DNA of 64,000 nucleotides from Vulcanimicrobiota bacterium (lineage in GTDB: Bacteria; Vulcanimicrobiota; Vulcanimicrobiia; Vulcanimicrobiales; Vulcanimicrobiaceae). Shown one piece after another: positions 28,947 to 38,563 of this stretch. Under the pieces are notes generated by a model. The model searched no databases, was not told the DNA's origin, and saw only the letters and a list, made by a program, of their open reading frames with translations. The DNA is taken from positions 448,001 to 512,000 of the forward strand of contig CAWETW010000003.1 in the NCBI GenBank assembly GCA_963812155.1, written 5' to 3'. The position numbers and the translations under genes are program-made. The first letter of the stretch is position 1. Every line of letters begins with the position of its first letter.

Positions 28947-29890
28947 ATGCACGCACGTCTTTTAAAAGCGTTGGCGCTCGTTGCCGGCTCGGCCGTAGCG
29001 GCCGGATGCTCGAGCGGCGGTCATGCCGTTCCTGCCCGGAGGTTCGGCCACGGCTCCGTCGAGCGCGCGAGCGGGGTGGTTGTCTCCGGAGGCCAACCAC
29101 GGCAGTCAGCTCTACGTCGCCGATCAGCCTCAATCAACGCGTCGCGATATTTTCTCAGCACAGCGGCCAACCCACGGGCCAAATCACCGACGCGATCGCC
29201 GGTCCCGACGGCTTGTATATCGATCCGAGCGGCACGCTGTACGTTTGCAACTTCGGCGCGGGGACGGTGACGGAGTATCCGCGAGGTCAGACGACGCACT
29301 CGAAGACGCTCACCGGCACCATCGGTCCCAAGTACGTCGTCAAAGGACACGACGGCACCGTGTACGTCTCCGATTTCGGCGACGGCTCGAACAGTCATCT
29401 GTACGAATACGCCCATGGGAGCACGACCCCCACGACGACGATTCCGTTCGCAACGTTTCCGGCCGGCGTCGCGCTCGATACGCACAATAAACTCTACGTT
29501 GCGTACAACGATTCCAGCAACAACGATATCGAAGTGCTGAAGTTCAGCCCCGGATCGACCAAGGGAACGAACCTCGGCATTCACATCAAGTTCGACAACG
29601 CCGGCGGCCTCGCGTTCGATAGCACCGGCGATCTGCTGCTCGACGATCAAAGCCTGCCGGGCGTAGACGTCTTTCCGCCGGGAGCGACCCAGCCTTCGAA
29701 GCAGATCAAAGGCTTCAGTCTCGCCTATCAAATCGCGTTGAACCATGCGGACACGCACCTGTTCGTGAGCGATCCGTTCGGCCCGTCGGTTGCGGAGGTG
29801 GCGTACCCGTCCGGAACGCTGATTCAGACCTTCTCGAGCGGTTTATCGGGAGCGTTCGGAGTCGCGACGAGCCCGGACAGTCCCTACTAA
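28947..29890 (+). CDS. NHL-like beta-propeller lipoprotein (frameshifts near 29020 and 29130)
   Basis: Lipobox AAGC in one frame, GWLSPEA..QLYVAD in a second, and propeller blades (PDGLYIDPSGTLYV, PAGVALD, GGLAFD) in a third. Confidence 0.75.
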
Positions 29891-29914
29891 AACGCGCGCG
29901 CAGAGTTTCGGCCG

Positions 29915-30439
29915 GTGATCGCATGGGATGCCTTGACGGCGATCGGTTCCATCGTCTCCGCCGGCGTGTTGCTGGTCGGGGGAGCGATCGCCGTCTATCA
30001 GTTGCGCGAGACGCGCCGCGCGGCGCAGTTCGACGCCACGCAGCGCGTCGTCGACCGCTTGTTCGAGCGCGATTTCAACCGCGCGCTGCGCTTTGTGATC
30101 AACGATTTACCCAACCGAATGCGCGATCCGGAATATGCGGCCGAGCTGGAACGATCGCGCGGTTGGGACGTCGACCCGGAGCGTCATCCCGAGTTGGTCG
30201 TCTTAGGGCGCCTCGAGGAAACGGGAATCTACCTGCGCCATCGGTTACTGCTCGGAGATGCGCTGCTCGATTTTGCAGCGATCCTCATTTTGCAGAGTTG
30301 GGAGCACGTGCGAGGCGTCGTCGAGCTCATGCGGAAATCGCATCGCAATCCGTCGGTCTGGAATAACGCCGAGTATCTCTACGAACGCGCGAAAGCTGTG
30401 AGGCGTTCTGAAACCGGGCTCGGAAGCGCAGAGTCGTAG
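29915..30439 (+). CDS. Hypothetical protein with N-terminal TM helix (DUF4760-like)
   Basis: WDALTAIG..AIAVYQLRE.RR..Q; E..G..., W..., W.N.EYL pattern. Confidence 0.65.
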   Translation: MIAWDALTAIGSIVSAGVLLVGGAIAVYQLRETRRAAQFDATQRVVDRLFERDFNRALRFVINDLPNRMRDPEYAAELERSRGWDVDPERHPELVVLGRLEETGIYLRHRLLLGDALLDFAAILILQSWEHVRGVVELMRKSHRNPSVWNNAEYLYERAKAVRRSETGLGSAES

Positions 30440-30455
30440 GGGCTGGAGGTTCGAT

Positions 30456-31151
30456 ATGAAGATCGGCATCATCGGCGCGGGGAATATCGGCGGGACGCTC
30501 GCGCGCCGTTTTAGCGAGCTCGGCCACGAGGTGGTCGTGGCGAACTCGCGCGGTCCCGAGTCGCTGCGTGACGTGGCGGCGGAGACCGGAGCGACGCCGG
30601 TGACGGCCGAGCAGGCCGCGCGCAGCGGCGACGTGGTCGTCGTCACCATTCCCGAGAAGAAGATCGAAGGTCTGCCCCGCGACTTGTTTGCCGGCGTCCC
30701 CGACAGCGTCGTCGTGATCGATACCGGCAACTACTATCCGCGGCAGCGCGACGGGCGCATCGAAGAAATCGAAGGCGGCATGCCGGAGAGCGTTTGGGTC
30801 TCTAAACAGCTCGGAAGACCGGTGATCAAAGCCTTCAACGACATCTATGCCGAGCATCTCGGAAACTTGGGCAAACCGAAAGGCACGCCGGGACGCATCG
30901 CGCTTCCCGTTGCGGGCGACGACCAGCGCGCGAAAGCCGTCGTGATGCAGTTGGTCGACGATCTGGGCTTCGACCCGGTCGATACGGGAACGCTCGCCGA
31001 GTCGTGGCGGCAGCAACCCGGAACGCCCGTCTACGCCGAAGACTTCGACGCGCAAGGCGTGCGCGACGCGCTGGCACGCGCAACCAAAGAGCGCAGTCCG
31101 GAGTTTACGGGAACCGCGCAGAGTCCCGGCACGTTCGAGGCGCCGGCGTAG
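30456..31151 (+). CDS. NADPH-dependent F420 reductase family oxidoreductase
   Basis: KIGIIGAGNIG, ANSRGPESL, IDTGNYYP.RDG, IKAFN, GFDPVDTG.L.ESWRQQPGTPVY. Confidence 0.92.
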   Translation: MKIGIIGAGNIGGTLARRFSELGHEVVVANSRGPESLRDVAAETGATPVTAEQAARSGDVVVVTIPEKKIEGLPRDLFAGVPDSVVVIDTGNYYPRQRDGRIEEIEGGMPESVWVSKQLGRPVIKAFNDIYAEHLGNLGKPKGTPGRIALPVAGDDQRAKAVVMQLVDDLGFDPVDTGTLAESWRQQPGTPVYAEDFDAQGVRDALARATKERSPEFTGTAQSPGTFEAPA

Positions 31152-31180
31152 CGAGCGCAGCCAGAACAAGGAGAACCGCG

Positions 31181-31531
31181 ATGACGCAGCGCGTGGACGG
31201 TATCGACGTAGATGTCAAACCCTCGGGCACCGGCTGCCTGGAATGCACGGAGGAGCACGGCTGGTGGTTCCATCTGCGCAGATGCGCGCAGTGCGGGCAC
31301 ATCGGATGCTGCGACAACTCGCCGAAGCAACACGCGACGGCGCATTTCAACGCCACGGGTCACCCGATCATTGCAAGTTTCGAGCCCGGAGAAGCGTGGT
31401 TCTACGACTACACGTCCGAAGAATTCGTGGACGGGCCGGCGCTGGCCGCGCCACATTCGCATCCCGAAGATCAGCCCGTACCCGGACCAAAAGGCCGCGT
31501 ACCGCACGACTGGCAAAGCCGGCTCAACTAA
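31181..31531 (+). CDS. UBP-type zinc finger protein
   Basis: GCLEC, WFHLRRCAQCGHIGCCDNSP.QHATAHF..TGHP..SFEPGE.W; AGGAG RBS. Confidence 0.92.
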   Translation: MTQRVDGIDVDVKPSGTGCLECTEEHGWWFHLRRCAQCGHIGCCDNSPKQHATAHFNATGHPIIASFEPGEAWFYDYTSEEFVDGPALAAPHSHPEDQPVPGPKGRVPHDWQSRLN

Positions 31532-31564
31532 AGAAATCGAAAACGACCGCAGCTGGAGGGCTCA

Positions 31565-32020
31565 ATGGACGAAGCACGCGTCGAACAGTCGACCTATAAG
31601 ATGCCGCCGCAGGACGGTTTTACCGTCGCCCACTTTCTCACGGTGGCCGATATGAAGCGGTCCGTCGAATTCTACCAAAGAGTCTTCGACGGAGAAATCG
31701 TGAGCAGGGGCGACGATGGAGGCGCACCGCCGTACATCAAAATCGCCAACACGTGGCTGATCGTCAACGTCGGAGGCGGCCCAACGCCCGACAAGCCGAC
31801 CGTCACGCTTCGCCCGCCTCCCAACCCCGACGAGATCAGCAGCTTCATGAACATCCGCGTCGCAGATATTCAAGCGTGCTACGAACTGTGGAAAAGCCGC
31901 GGCGCGACGTTTCTCACGCCTCCGATCGACAAATACGGCGAGATTCGATGCTACATCCGCGATCCCGACGGTTACATCATCGAAGTCGGGCAAAGCAAGT
32001 CCGGGTTCAAATACGGCTAG
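31565..32020 (+). CDS. VOC family protein
   Basis: LTVADM.RS.EFY, NIRVADI, EIRCYIRDPDGYIIEVGQ. Confidence 0.9.
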   Translation: MDEARVEQSTYKMPPQDGFTVAHFLTVADMKRSVEFYQRVFDGEIVSRGDDGGAPPYIKIANTWLIVNVGGGPTPDKPTVTLRPPPNPDEISSFMNIRVADIQACYELWKSRGATFLTPPIDKYGEIRCYIRDPDGYIIEVGQSKSGFKYG

Positions 32021-33208
32021 GCGGGCTTCATCAGAGATCCGATGGCGCTGGGGTCGATGACGGTGACCGAATTCGACCCGAAGTTACAGAGGAACATCGT
32101 CGAGCCGCTGGCCGTCGAGCTAAACTGGCGTGGAAATTTGCCGACCGGAATGCGGCCTACGACGGCGTAGGACGCAGCGTCGATAACGATCACGTCTTGA
32201 TTCGCCGGACGTGCCGGTCGCGAACCGGTTGCTGTTGCCGACGAGGACGTAGCGTCCGTCGGGCGTCACGCCGACCGGAACCGGAGCGGTGCCGACCGTC
32301 ACCGTGGCGAGCGGCTTCACCGCTGCGCCCGAGACGAGCGCAGTCGTCGAAAACGCCAGTGCGGCGTTCGAGCCTCGAGCCGTCACCCATAACGTCGCGC
32401 CGTCGGGCGTGAGCGCGGCGCGCACCGGATGGCACCCCGCCGCAACGTAGGAAACGATCGCGTGCCGCGGATCCGTCACGGCTTTCGAAACGTCGATCGT
32501 CACGATCGCGCCCGCCGCCTCCTTTTCACCGGCCTCGCCGCCTTCGGGCGCGCACGTCTTTGGAAACGCGTAACGCTTGAGCGCGATTTGCACGGTGGCG
32601 AACAGATACTTCCCGTCCTTTGACGGAACGAGCGCGACCGGCGCGTTCCCGATGAGGAACTCCGAAACGATCGCCTCGTGCCCGGCACCGGCGCGCATCT
32701 TCTGCAGATCGACGACCGTGAGCTTTCCGCTCGACTCTTCGGCGACGAACGCGTAGCGGTCGCTCGCGTCGACCGCGGAGTACACGGCGCCGCCATCGTC
32801 GCCCGGAATATCTTCGATTGCGCCGGCGAGCGGATCGCCGTTGCCCGAGAGGGCGCGCGGTACGTCGAGAAATGCGATGAAGTTGTCGTCGGGAACGACG
32901 AGCGTCGAGGCGTCGTGCGTGAGCGCCATGATCGCCGGCTGGTTTTCCACCGGAATCGTGCGCGCAAACCGGTATTGCCCGTCCACGCAGCGCAACACCG
33001 CAATGCCGTTCTGCTGGCGCGGGTTCGTGGAGTTCAGCGCGACGAATACCGTTTGCTCGTCGGGCGTGGCGATCGCGGACATCGGCGCGCCCGGAACGGC
33101 GACGTCGTACATCGGCGTGTTTCCGCAGCGTTGTGCCGCCGCGCTCGCAGCCGCCTGCACGCCAAACGCCATCGCGGCGAAGAGTAATGAGATCGTCAGA
33201 AATCGCAT
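32017..33208 (-). CDS. YncE/YVTN-like secreted beta-propeller (frameshift near 32200)
   Basis: Signal peptide; GNAPVAL, GCHPVRAALTPDG, VGTAPV.V.VTPDG. The C-terminus DVIVIDAASY.VVGRIPVGKFPR... lies in another frame, ending at TAG 32019-32017. Confidence 0.8.
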
Positions 33209-33570
33209 TCAGAATCGATTTGGTCCGACGAGAAAATAGACGTACAGCAGCGCCATGACGACGTCTGCGCCGGCGGCCGTTACGGCAATGAGGCGCTTGC
33301 GCAACGGGCTCGCGACGACCAGCGTCGCGAATGCGAGCTTCTCGATCGTGGCGCGATCATGATCGGCACGCGCGCATCGGCGTTATACGCCGCATAGACG
33401 AGCAAACCGCCGACCACCGCCAGCAAAAGACTCCAGTGACGGACGACGAGCACCGTCGTCGGATCGTTCGTCTTCATTCCGAGCACCACGCTCGAGAGCG
33501 CGCGCGGCGCAAAAAGACCGATGCCGGCGGCAGCCGTCAGAAAGCCTGTAACGATAAGGACGGCACTCAC
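33209..33570 (-). CDS. Hypothetical membrane protein (frameshift near 33350)
   Basis: Hydrophobic segments, RHWSLL; continues as IEKLAFATLVVAS...MALLYVYFL in another frame. Confidence 0.65.
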
Positions 33571-33631
33571 AGAAAAGGTGAGTCGCTGCTATGCGTCGCG
33601 TTCCCTGGTTCGACGTGCCGGCGGCGAGGCG

Positions 33632-34600
33632 TCACGCAGGCACCACCACGATGCGGCACGGTTCGGCGGTGTGCGCGGTCCACGCTTCCGCGATGGAGGA
33701 GAGGGCAAACGTTTTCGTCGGAACGTGGATCTTACGATCGGCGATGAGTTGCATGTAGACCGGAACCTGCCGCATGATTTCCGCAATCGACGCCGAGCCC
33801 GCACCGCTGCCGGAGATTCGGATTCGGCGGCTGCGCAAGAGCGACGCGGGGACGTGTGCCTCAGGGCCGGCCGCGGAGCCGATTTGCACGTAGGCGATGT
33901 CGGCTGCGTCCTCGCCCAAACCGCGACGAGCCAACGCGGCGAAAGCCGTTTCCGCCGCCGCTCCCCAGAGATAATCGAGCACGATGCTCGGCGCGGCACC
34001 GTCGAGTGCGTCTGCAAGGGCGGCGGCATCGCCGTCACGATCGCCCGCGAGCGCGACGCACTTTGCGCCGAGTTCCTCGGCTCGCTGCAAGGCGGCCGGG
34101 TTGCGGCCGGCGCCGACGACGCGCGTTGCGCCGAGCATTGCGGCATTCTGCACGGCGATCGAGCCGGCCATTCCGGTTACACCGAGGACGAGCACGGTGC
34201 CGAGTGCACCCATTTCGGCTGCCCGCGCATTGAGCAGCAGCCACGACGAGAGTCCGGGGTTGAGACCGGCCGCAATCTTCACGGGATCGGCGCCGGCGGG
34301 CAAACCGACGCGCATGTTTTTCGGTACGGCCATGCGCTCCGCGAACGTGCCGTAAGGCGCCTTGAGGAAGCCCGTATAGATGAGGTCGCCGGACGCGGTA
34401 CGCGCGACCGCATCCACGCCGGGGATCAGCGGCCACGAACCGGTGCTGCCGTAATGACTGCCGGTCGCGAGGGAACGCACGATCGGGTGCAGCCCTGCCG
34501 CAACGAGATCGACGAGTTCGTAGCCGTCTTCGACGGCGGGGTCCGTGAAATCGCCATATTCCGGAGTCGCGCCTGGACTATTGACGATGGCTGCCTTCAT
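33632..34600 (-). CDS. Zinc-binding alcohol dehydrogenase/quinone oxidoreductase (MDR) family protein
   Basis: MKAAIV, PLIPGVDAV, NPGLSSW, VLVLGVTG.AG, VLDYLWG. Confidence 0.9.
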   Translation of the reverse strand: MKAAIVNSPGATPEYGDFTDPAVEDGYELVDLVAAGLHPIVRSLATGSHYGSTGSWPLIPGVDAVARTASGDLIYTGFLKAPYGTFAERMAVPKNMRVGLPAGADPVKIAAGLNPGLSSWLLLNARAAEMGALGTVLVLGVTGMAGSIAVQNAAMLGATRVVGAGRNPAALQRAEELGAKCVALAGDRDGDAAALADALDGAAPSIVLDYLWGAAAETAFAALARRGLGEDAADIAYVQIGSAAGPEAHVPASLLRSRRIRISGSGAGSASIAEIMRQVPVYMQLIADRKIHVPTKTFALSSIAEAWTAHTAEPCRIVVVPA

Positions 34601-34695
34601 CGTGGATATCCTCACCTAGACAACGCCGGGTCCGTGTCCGAAAACGTCGCTTCCGCACCATTGCGGACATTCCGCCGCAGCGGTAGAGTGCGTCT

Positions 34696-35670
34696 ATGAA
34701 GGTTCGACGCATTGCCATCCTGCTGTATGACGGAGTCGAAACGCTCGACGTGGCCGGTCCCGCCGACGTGTTCTTCAGCGCCAACCAGCTGCTGGGCCGC
34801 CAACCGGCTCCCTACGATATCGTGGTGGCCGGCACGCGACGCGGACGCATCGTCGCGGAGTCGGGCGTGTGCTTCCATGCGGATACGGCGCTCTCCGACC
34901 GCAGATTGTTCGATACGATCATCATCCCGGGAGGCAAAGGAGTACGCGTGCATCCCAAGACGCGCGCGGCCATCGTCAAATTTTTGCGCGCTCAAGCGCC
35001 GAAGGTACGGCGGATCGCGTCGGTCTGCACCGGCATCTACGCGCTGGCGGATTCGGGCTTACTCGACGGCCGGAGCGTCACGACGCACTGGCGCCATGCG
35101 GCCGACGTGCAGCAACGCTGGCCGAAGCTGCGCGTGAGCGCCGACGCGATCTTCATCAAAGACGGAAACCTCTACACGTCCGCCGGTGTGACGGCCGGAA
35201 TCGATCTCGCGCTGGCGCTCGTCGAAGAGGATTTCGGCGCCGAACTCGCACTTGAGGTTGCGCGCGAGATCGTCGTCTACCTCAAGCGGTCGGGCGGCCA
35301 GCTCCAATACTCGCAGCCGCTCGTCGCGCAGACGAAGGCGAAGGCACGCTTCGGCGATTTGGCGGAGTGGATTCGCGGCAATCTCCAGACGGATCTGACC
35401 GTCGAGATGCTGGCCGAGCGCGCGAATCTGAGCCCGAGACACTTCGCACGCAAGTTCAAAGCCACGTTCGCGCTGACTCCGGCGGACTTCGTCGAGGAAC
35501 TGCGCTTGGACGAGGCGCGCTGGCTGCTGGTGAACGGCGACGACGCTATGGGCGATCTTGCTCAGACGGTTGGGTACGCCGGCGACGATACGTTCCGGCG
35601 CGCGTTCGAACGCCGCTACGGAGTCGCTCCGACCGAATACCGGCGCCGCTTTCGAACGGCCGGCGCGTGA
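34696..35670 (+). CDS. GlxA-family AraC regulator (DJ-1/PfpI + AraC HTH)
   Basis: LDVAGPADVF, IASVCTG, TTHW, TSAGVTAGID, R.GGQ.QYS, SPRHFARKF, FRRAFERRYGV.P.EYR. Confidence 0.94.
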   Translation: MKVRRIAILLYDGVETLDVAGPADVFFSANQLLGRQPAPYDIVVAGTRRGRIVAESGVCFHADTALSDRRLFDTIIIPGGKGVRVHPKTRAAIVKFLRAQAPKVRRIASVCTGIYALADSGLLDGRSVTTHWRHAADVQQRWPKLRVSADAIFIKDGNLYTSAGVTAGIDLALALVEEDFGAELALEVAREIVVYLKRSGGQLQYSQPLVAQTKAKARFGDLAEWIRGNLQTDLTVEMLAERANLSPRHFARKFKATFALTPADFVEELRLDEARWLLVNGDDAMGDLAQTVGYAGDDTFRRAFERRYGVAPTEYRRRFRTAGA

Positions 35671-36951
35671 TGCTTTTTATTGCGGCATTGCTGTTAGCGG
35701 TTGCGTCCAACGCGCCGCCGACCGATCCGACCGGGATCTGGCAAGGCGTGATGTCGAGGGGCGGCGATCGCCTCAACGTGTCGTTCCATCTTTCCGCCGG
35801 CACTCCGCAGCGCGCGACGTTTTCCGCACCCGACCTCGGGGCGATCGACATTCCCTTGCAACGCGTCGAACTGGGGTCCGCGATTCATTGGGACCTCGTC
35901 GGCGACGCAACGACGACGGCCTTCGACGGGCACGTGGACGGCGATACGATCACCGGAACGTTTTCGGAAAACGGGCGAAATGGAACGTTTTCACTGGCGC
36001 GCGAACCCGGCGCACCCGTCGCTCCCTACGAAAAGCGCGACGTCACCTTTCAAAACGGTAACGTGCGGCTCGCCGGAACGCTGTTTTTGCCGAGCGCGCC
36101 GGGAGCTGCATCCGGCGATGATTTTCGTCCACGGTTCCGGCGACGAATCGAGGTGGGCTTCCGCGTTCTTGGCCGACTACGCCGCTCGACATGGCATCGT
36201 CGCACTGATCTACGACAAGCGCGGAGTGGGTTCGTCGAGCGGCAGTTGGCGAACCTCGACAGCAGCCGATCTGGCCGGCGATGCGCGGGCCGGCATCACG
36301 CTGCTGGCGCAAACGCCCGGCGTGGATCGCCGGCGCATCGGCGTCTTCGGCCACAGTCAAGGCGGCGAAATCGCTCCGGCAATCGCGGACGGAAATCCGC
36401 TCGTCAGTTTCGTTATCGATGCAGACGGACCGGTGGGGCCGCAGTATCTCCAGGACCTTTACCGGGTCGACACCTCCCTCGCGCAGCGCTATTCGGGGGC
36501 GCAGCTTCGCGACGCTGAACGGCTCTACGCCGAGTTCGTCGACGTCGCTCGTTCGGGAAGCTCGCACGATCGGTTGCGCGCAGACATTCGCGCAGCCGGC
36601 GACGCGCCGTGGCTCTCGGATCTGGCCATCCCCGGCGACGACAGTTGGATTTGGGCGTGGTACGCGGGCTACGGCAACTACGACAACCGTGCCGCGTGGT
36701 CGCGGGTTCGCGTACCGGTGCTGATCGTGTTTGGCGGCAAAGACGCGCTCGTGCCCGTAACGTCCAGCATCGCGCAAACCGTTGCGATATTGAAGCAGCA
36801 CGGGAATACGAACGTCACCGTTGTGGTGTTCCCGGATGCCGATCATACGCTGCACGTGCCGCCGAAGTCGCCGGAGGGTTGGCCGCATTTGCCGCATGGA
36901 TTTCCCGACGCGATCGCCGCCTTCGTCGAGTCCGGGATAGAGGCGCGTTAA
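35670..36951 (+). CDS. Secreted alpha/beta hydrolase (S9/S15-like; frameshift near 36105)
   Basis: Signal peptide; LAGTLFLP in one frame, then FVHGSG, YDKRGVG.S, GHSQGG nucleophile, G.KD.LV, ADH in the next frame. Confidence 0.85.
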
Positions 36952-36994
36952 GGCTGGTTGGGTAGAGCGCTTTCGATCCGGGAACAAGGTGCGT

Positions 36995-37589
36995 ATGTTG
37001 AGCCCGTCGCTGGTTCGTCGTACGCACCGTGCTTTGCGCATTTGTGCTGCAACTGCAGGAAGGCTTTCGAGCGCTCGCCCGAAACGCGCAGGCTGAGGTG
37101 CGGCTCAAACCCGAGGCTCCCGCCGGCGCCCACACCATTGTCCTCAACGTCAACGGCACCGACCATACCTTGACGGTCGAGCCGCGCGTGACGCTCCTGG
37201 ACGCGCTGCGCGACCGGATCGGCTTAACCGGCACGAAGAAAGGCTGCGATCAAGGGACCTGCGGCGCGTGCACCGTGATGGTCAATGGCCGGCGCATCGA
37301 CTCATGCCTCACGCTTGCGGTGATGCACGCCCACGATCGCATCGTGACGATCGAGGGAATCGCGCCCGCCGGCACGCTCCATCCGGTGCAGCGGGCCTTC
37401 ATCACGCACGACGGCTTTCAATGCGGATTCTGCACGCCCGGGCAAGTCGTCTCCGCCGTCGCGCTACTGAGCGAAGGCAAGCATCTCGACCGCGATACGA
37501 TTCGCAACGAAATGAGCGGGAACATCTGCCGCTGCGGGTGCTATCCGCACATCGTCGACGCCGTGCTCGAGGTCGCGGGCGCGTCGTGA
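36995..37589 (+). CDS. paoA: Aldehyde oxidoreductase/xanthine dehydrogenase 2Fe-2S subunit (PaoA/YagT-like); Tat signal broken by a frameshift near 37003
   Basis: TGTKKGCDQG.CGACTV, QCGFCTPG, GNICRCG.Y. Removing one C gives MLSRRWFVV. Confidence 0.88.
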
Positions 37590-38563
37590 ACCCATTCCAA
37601 TACGCCAAAGCCCAGAGTCCCTCGGTCGCGCTCGCGGAAATCGCGCGCGAGCCCGCGGCGCGCTACGTCGCCGGCGGCACGAACATTCTCGACCTCATGA
37701 AGATTGACGTCGAAACGCCGCCGCTGCTCGTGGACATCAATGCGCTGCCGCTGGACGCGATCGTTGCAACCGCCGATACGATCGAAATCGGTGCGCTCGC
37801 ACGCCTCAGCGACGTTGCGGCGCACCCGAGCGTTCGCCAACACCTGCCGCTGGTTGCCATCGCTCTCGAGCAAAGTGCGTCGCCGCAACTGCGCAACATG
37901 GCGACCATCGGCGGCAACTTGCTGCAGCGCACGCGGTGCCCGTATTTTCGCGACACTGCCGAGCCATGTAACAAACGCCGGCCGCACAGCGGCTGCGGCG
38001 CAATGGACGGCGAGAATCGGCGTGAAGCGGTGCTGGGTACGAGCGACTCCTGCATCGCCACCCATCCGTCCGATCTTGCGGTGGCGCTCGCCGCGCTCGA
38101 CGCGAACATCCGCGTGACCGGTCTTTCCGGCGATCGCGACATCGCGATGCACGACTTTTATCGCCTCCCCGGCGATACGCCGCATCTCGAGAATGCGCTG
38201 CAACCCGGCGAGCTGATCGTCGCCGTCTCCGTGCCGTTGCTGCCGTACGCGGCCCGATCGACCTATCTCAAGGTGCGCGACCGTGCGCAATACGATTTCG
38301 CGCTGGCGTCGGCGGCCGTCGCGCTCGACATGCGCGGCGCAACGATCGCCGAGGCTCGCGTTGCCCTGGGCGGCGTCGCGACGATACCGTGGCGCTCGAT
38401 GCAGGCCGAGAACGCGTTGCGCGGCGCGGCTGCTTCGCGGGAGACGTTCGAGCGCGCGGCCGGCGCCGCGCTCGCCGGCGCGCGCGGGCGTGGCGGAAAC
38501 GACTATAAGATTGCGCTTGCACAGCGAACGTTGGTGCGCGCCCTGGAAATCGCCGTCGCATGA
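37586..38563 (+). CDS. paoB: FAD-binding subunit (PaoB/YagS-like)
   Basis: AGGTNILDLMK, ASPQLRNMATIGGNLLQRTRC.YF, CNKR....GC, CIATHPSD, YLKVRDR. Confidence 0.9.
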   Translation: MNPFQYAKAQSPSVALAEIAREPAARYVAGGTNILDLMKIDVETPPLLVDINALPLDAIVATADTIEIGALARLSDVAAHPSVRQHLPLVAIALEQSASPQLRNMATIGGNLLQRTRCPYFRDTAEPCNKRRPHSGCGAMDGENRREAVLGTSDSCIATHPSDLAVALAALDANIRVTGLSGDRDIAMHDFYRLPGDTPHLENALQPGELIVAVSVPLLPYAARSTYLKVRDRAQYDFALASAAVALDMRGATIAEARVALGGVATIPWRSMQAENALRGAAASRETFERAAGAALAGARGRGGNDYKIALAQRTLVRALEIAVA

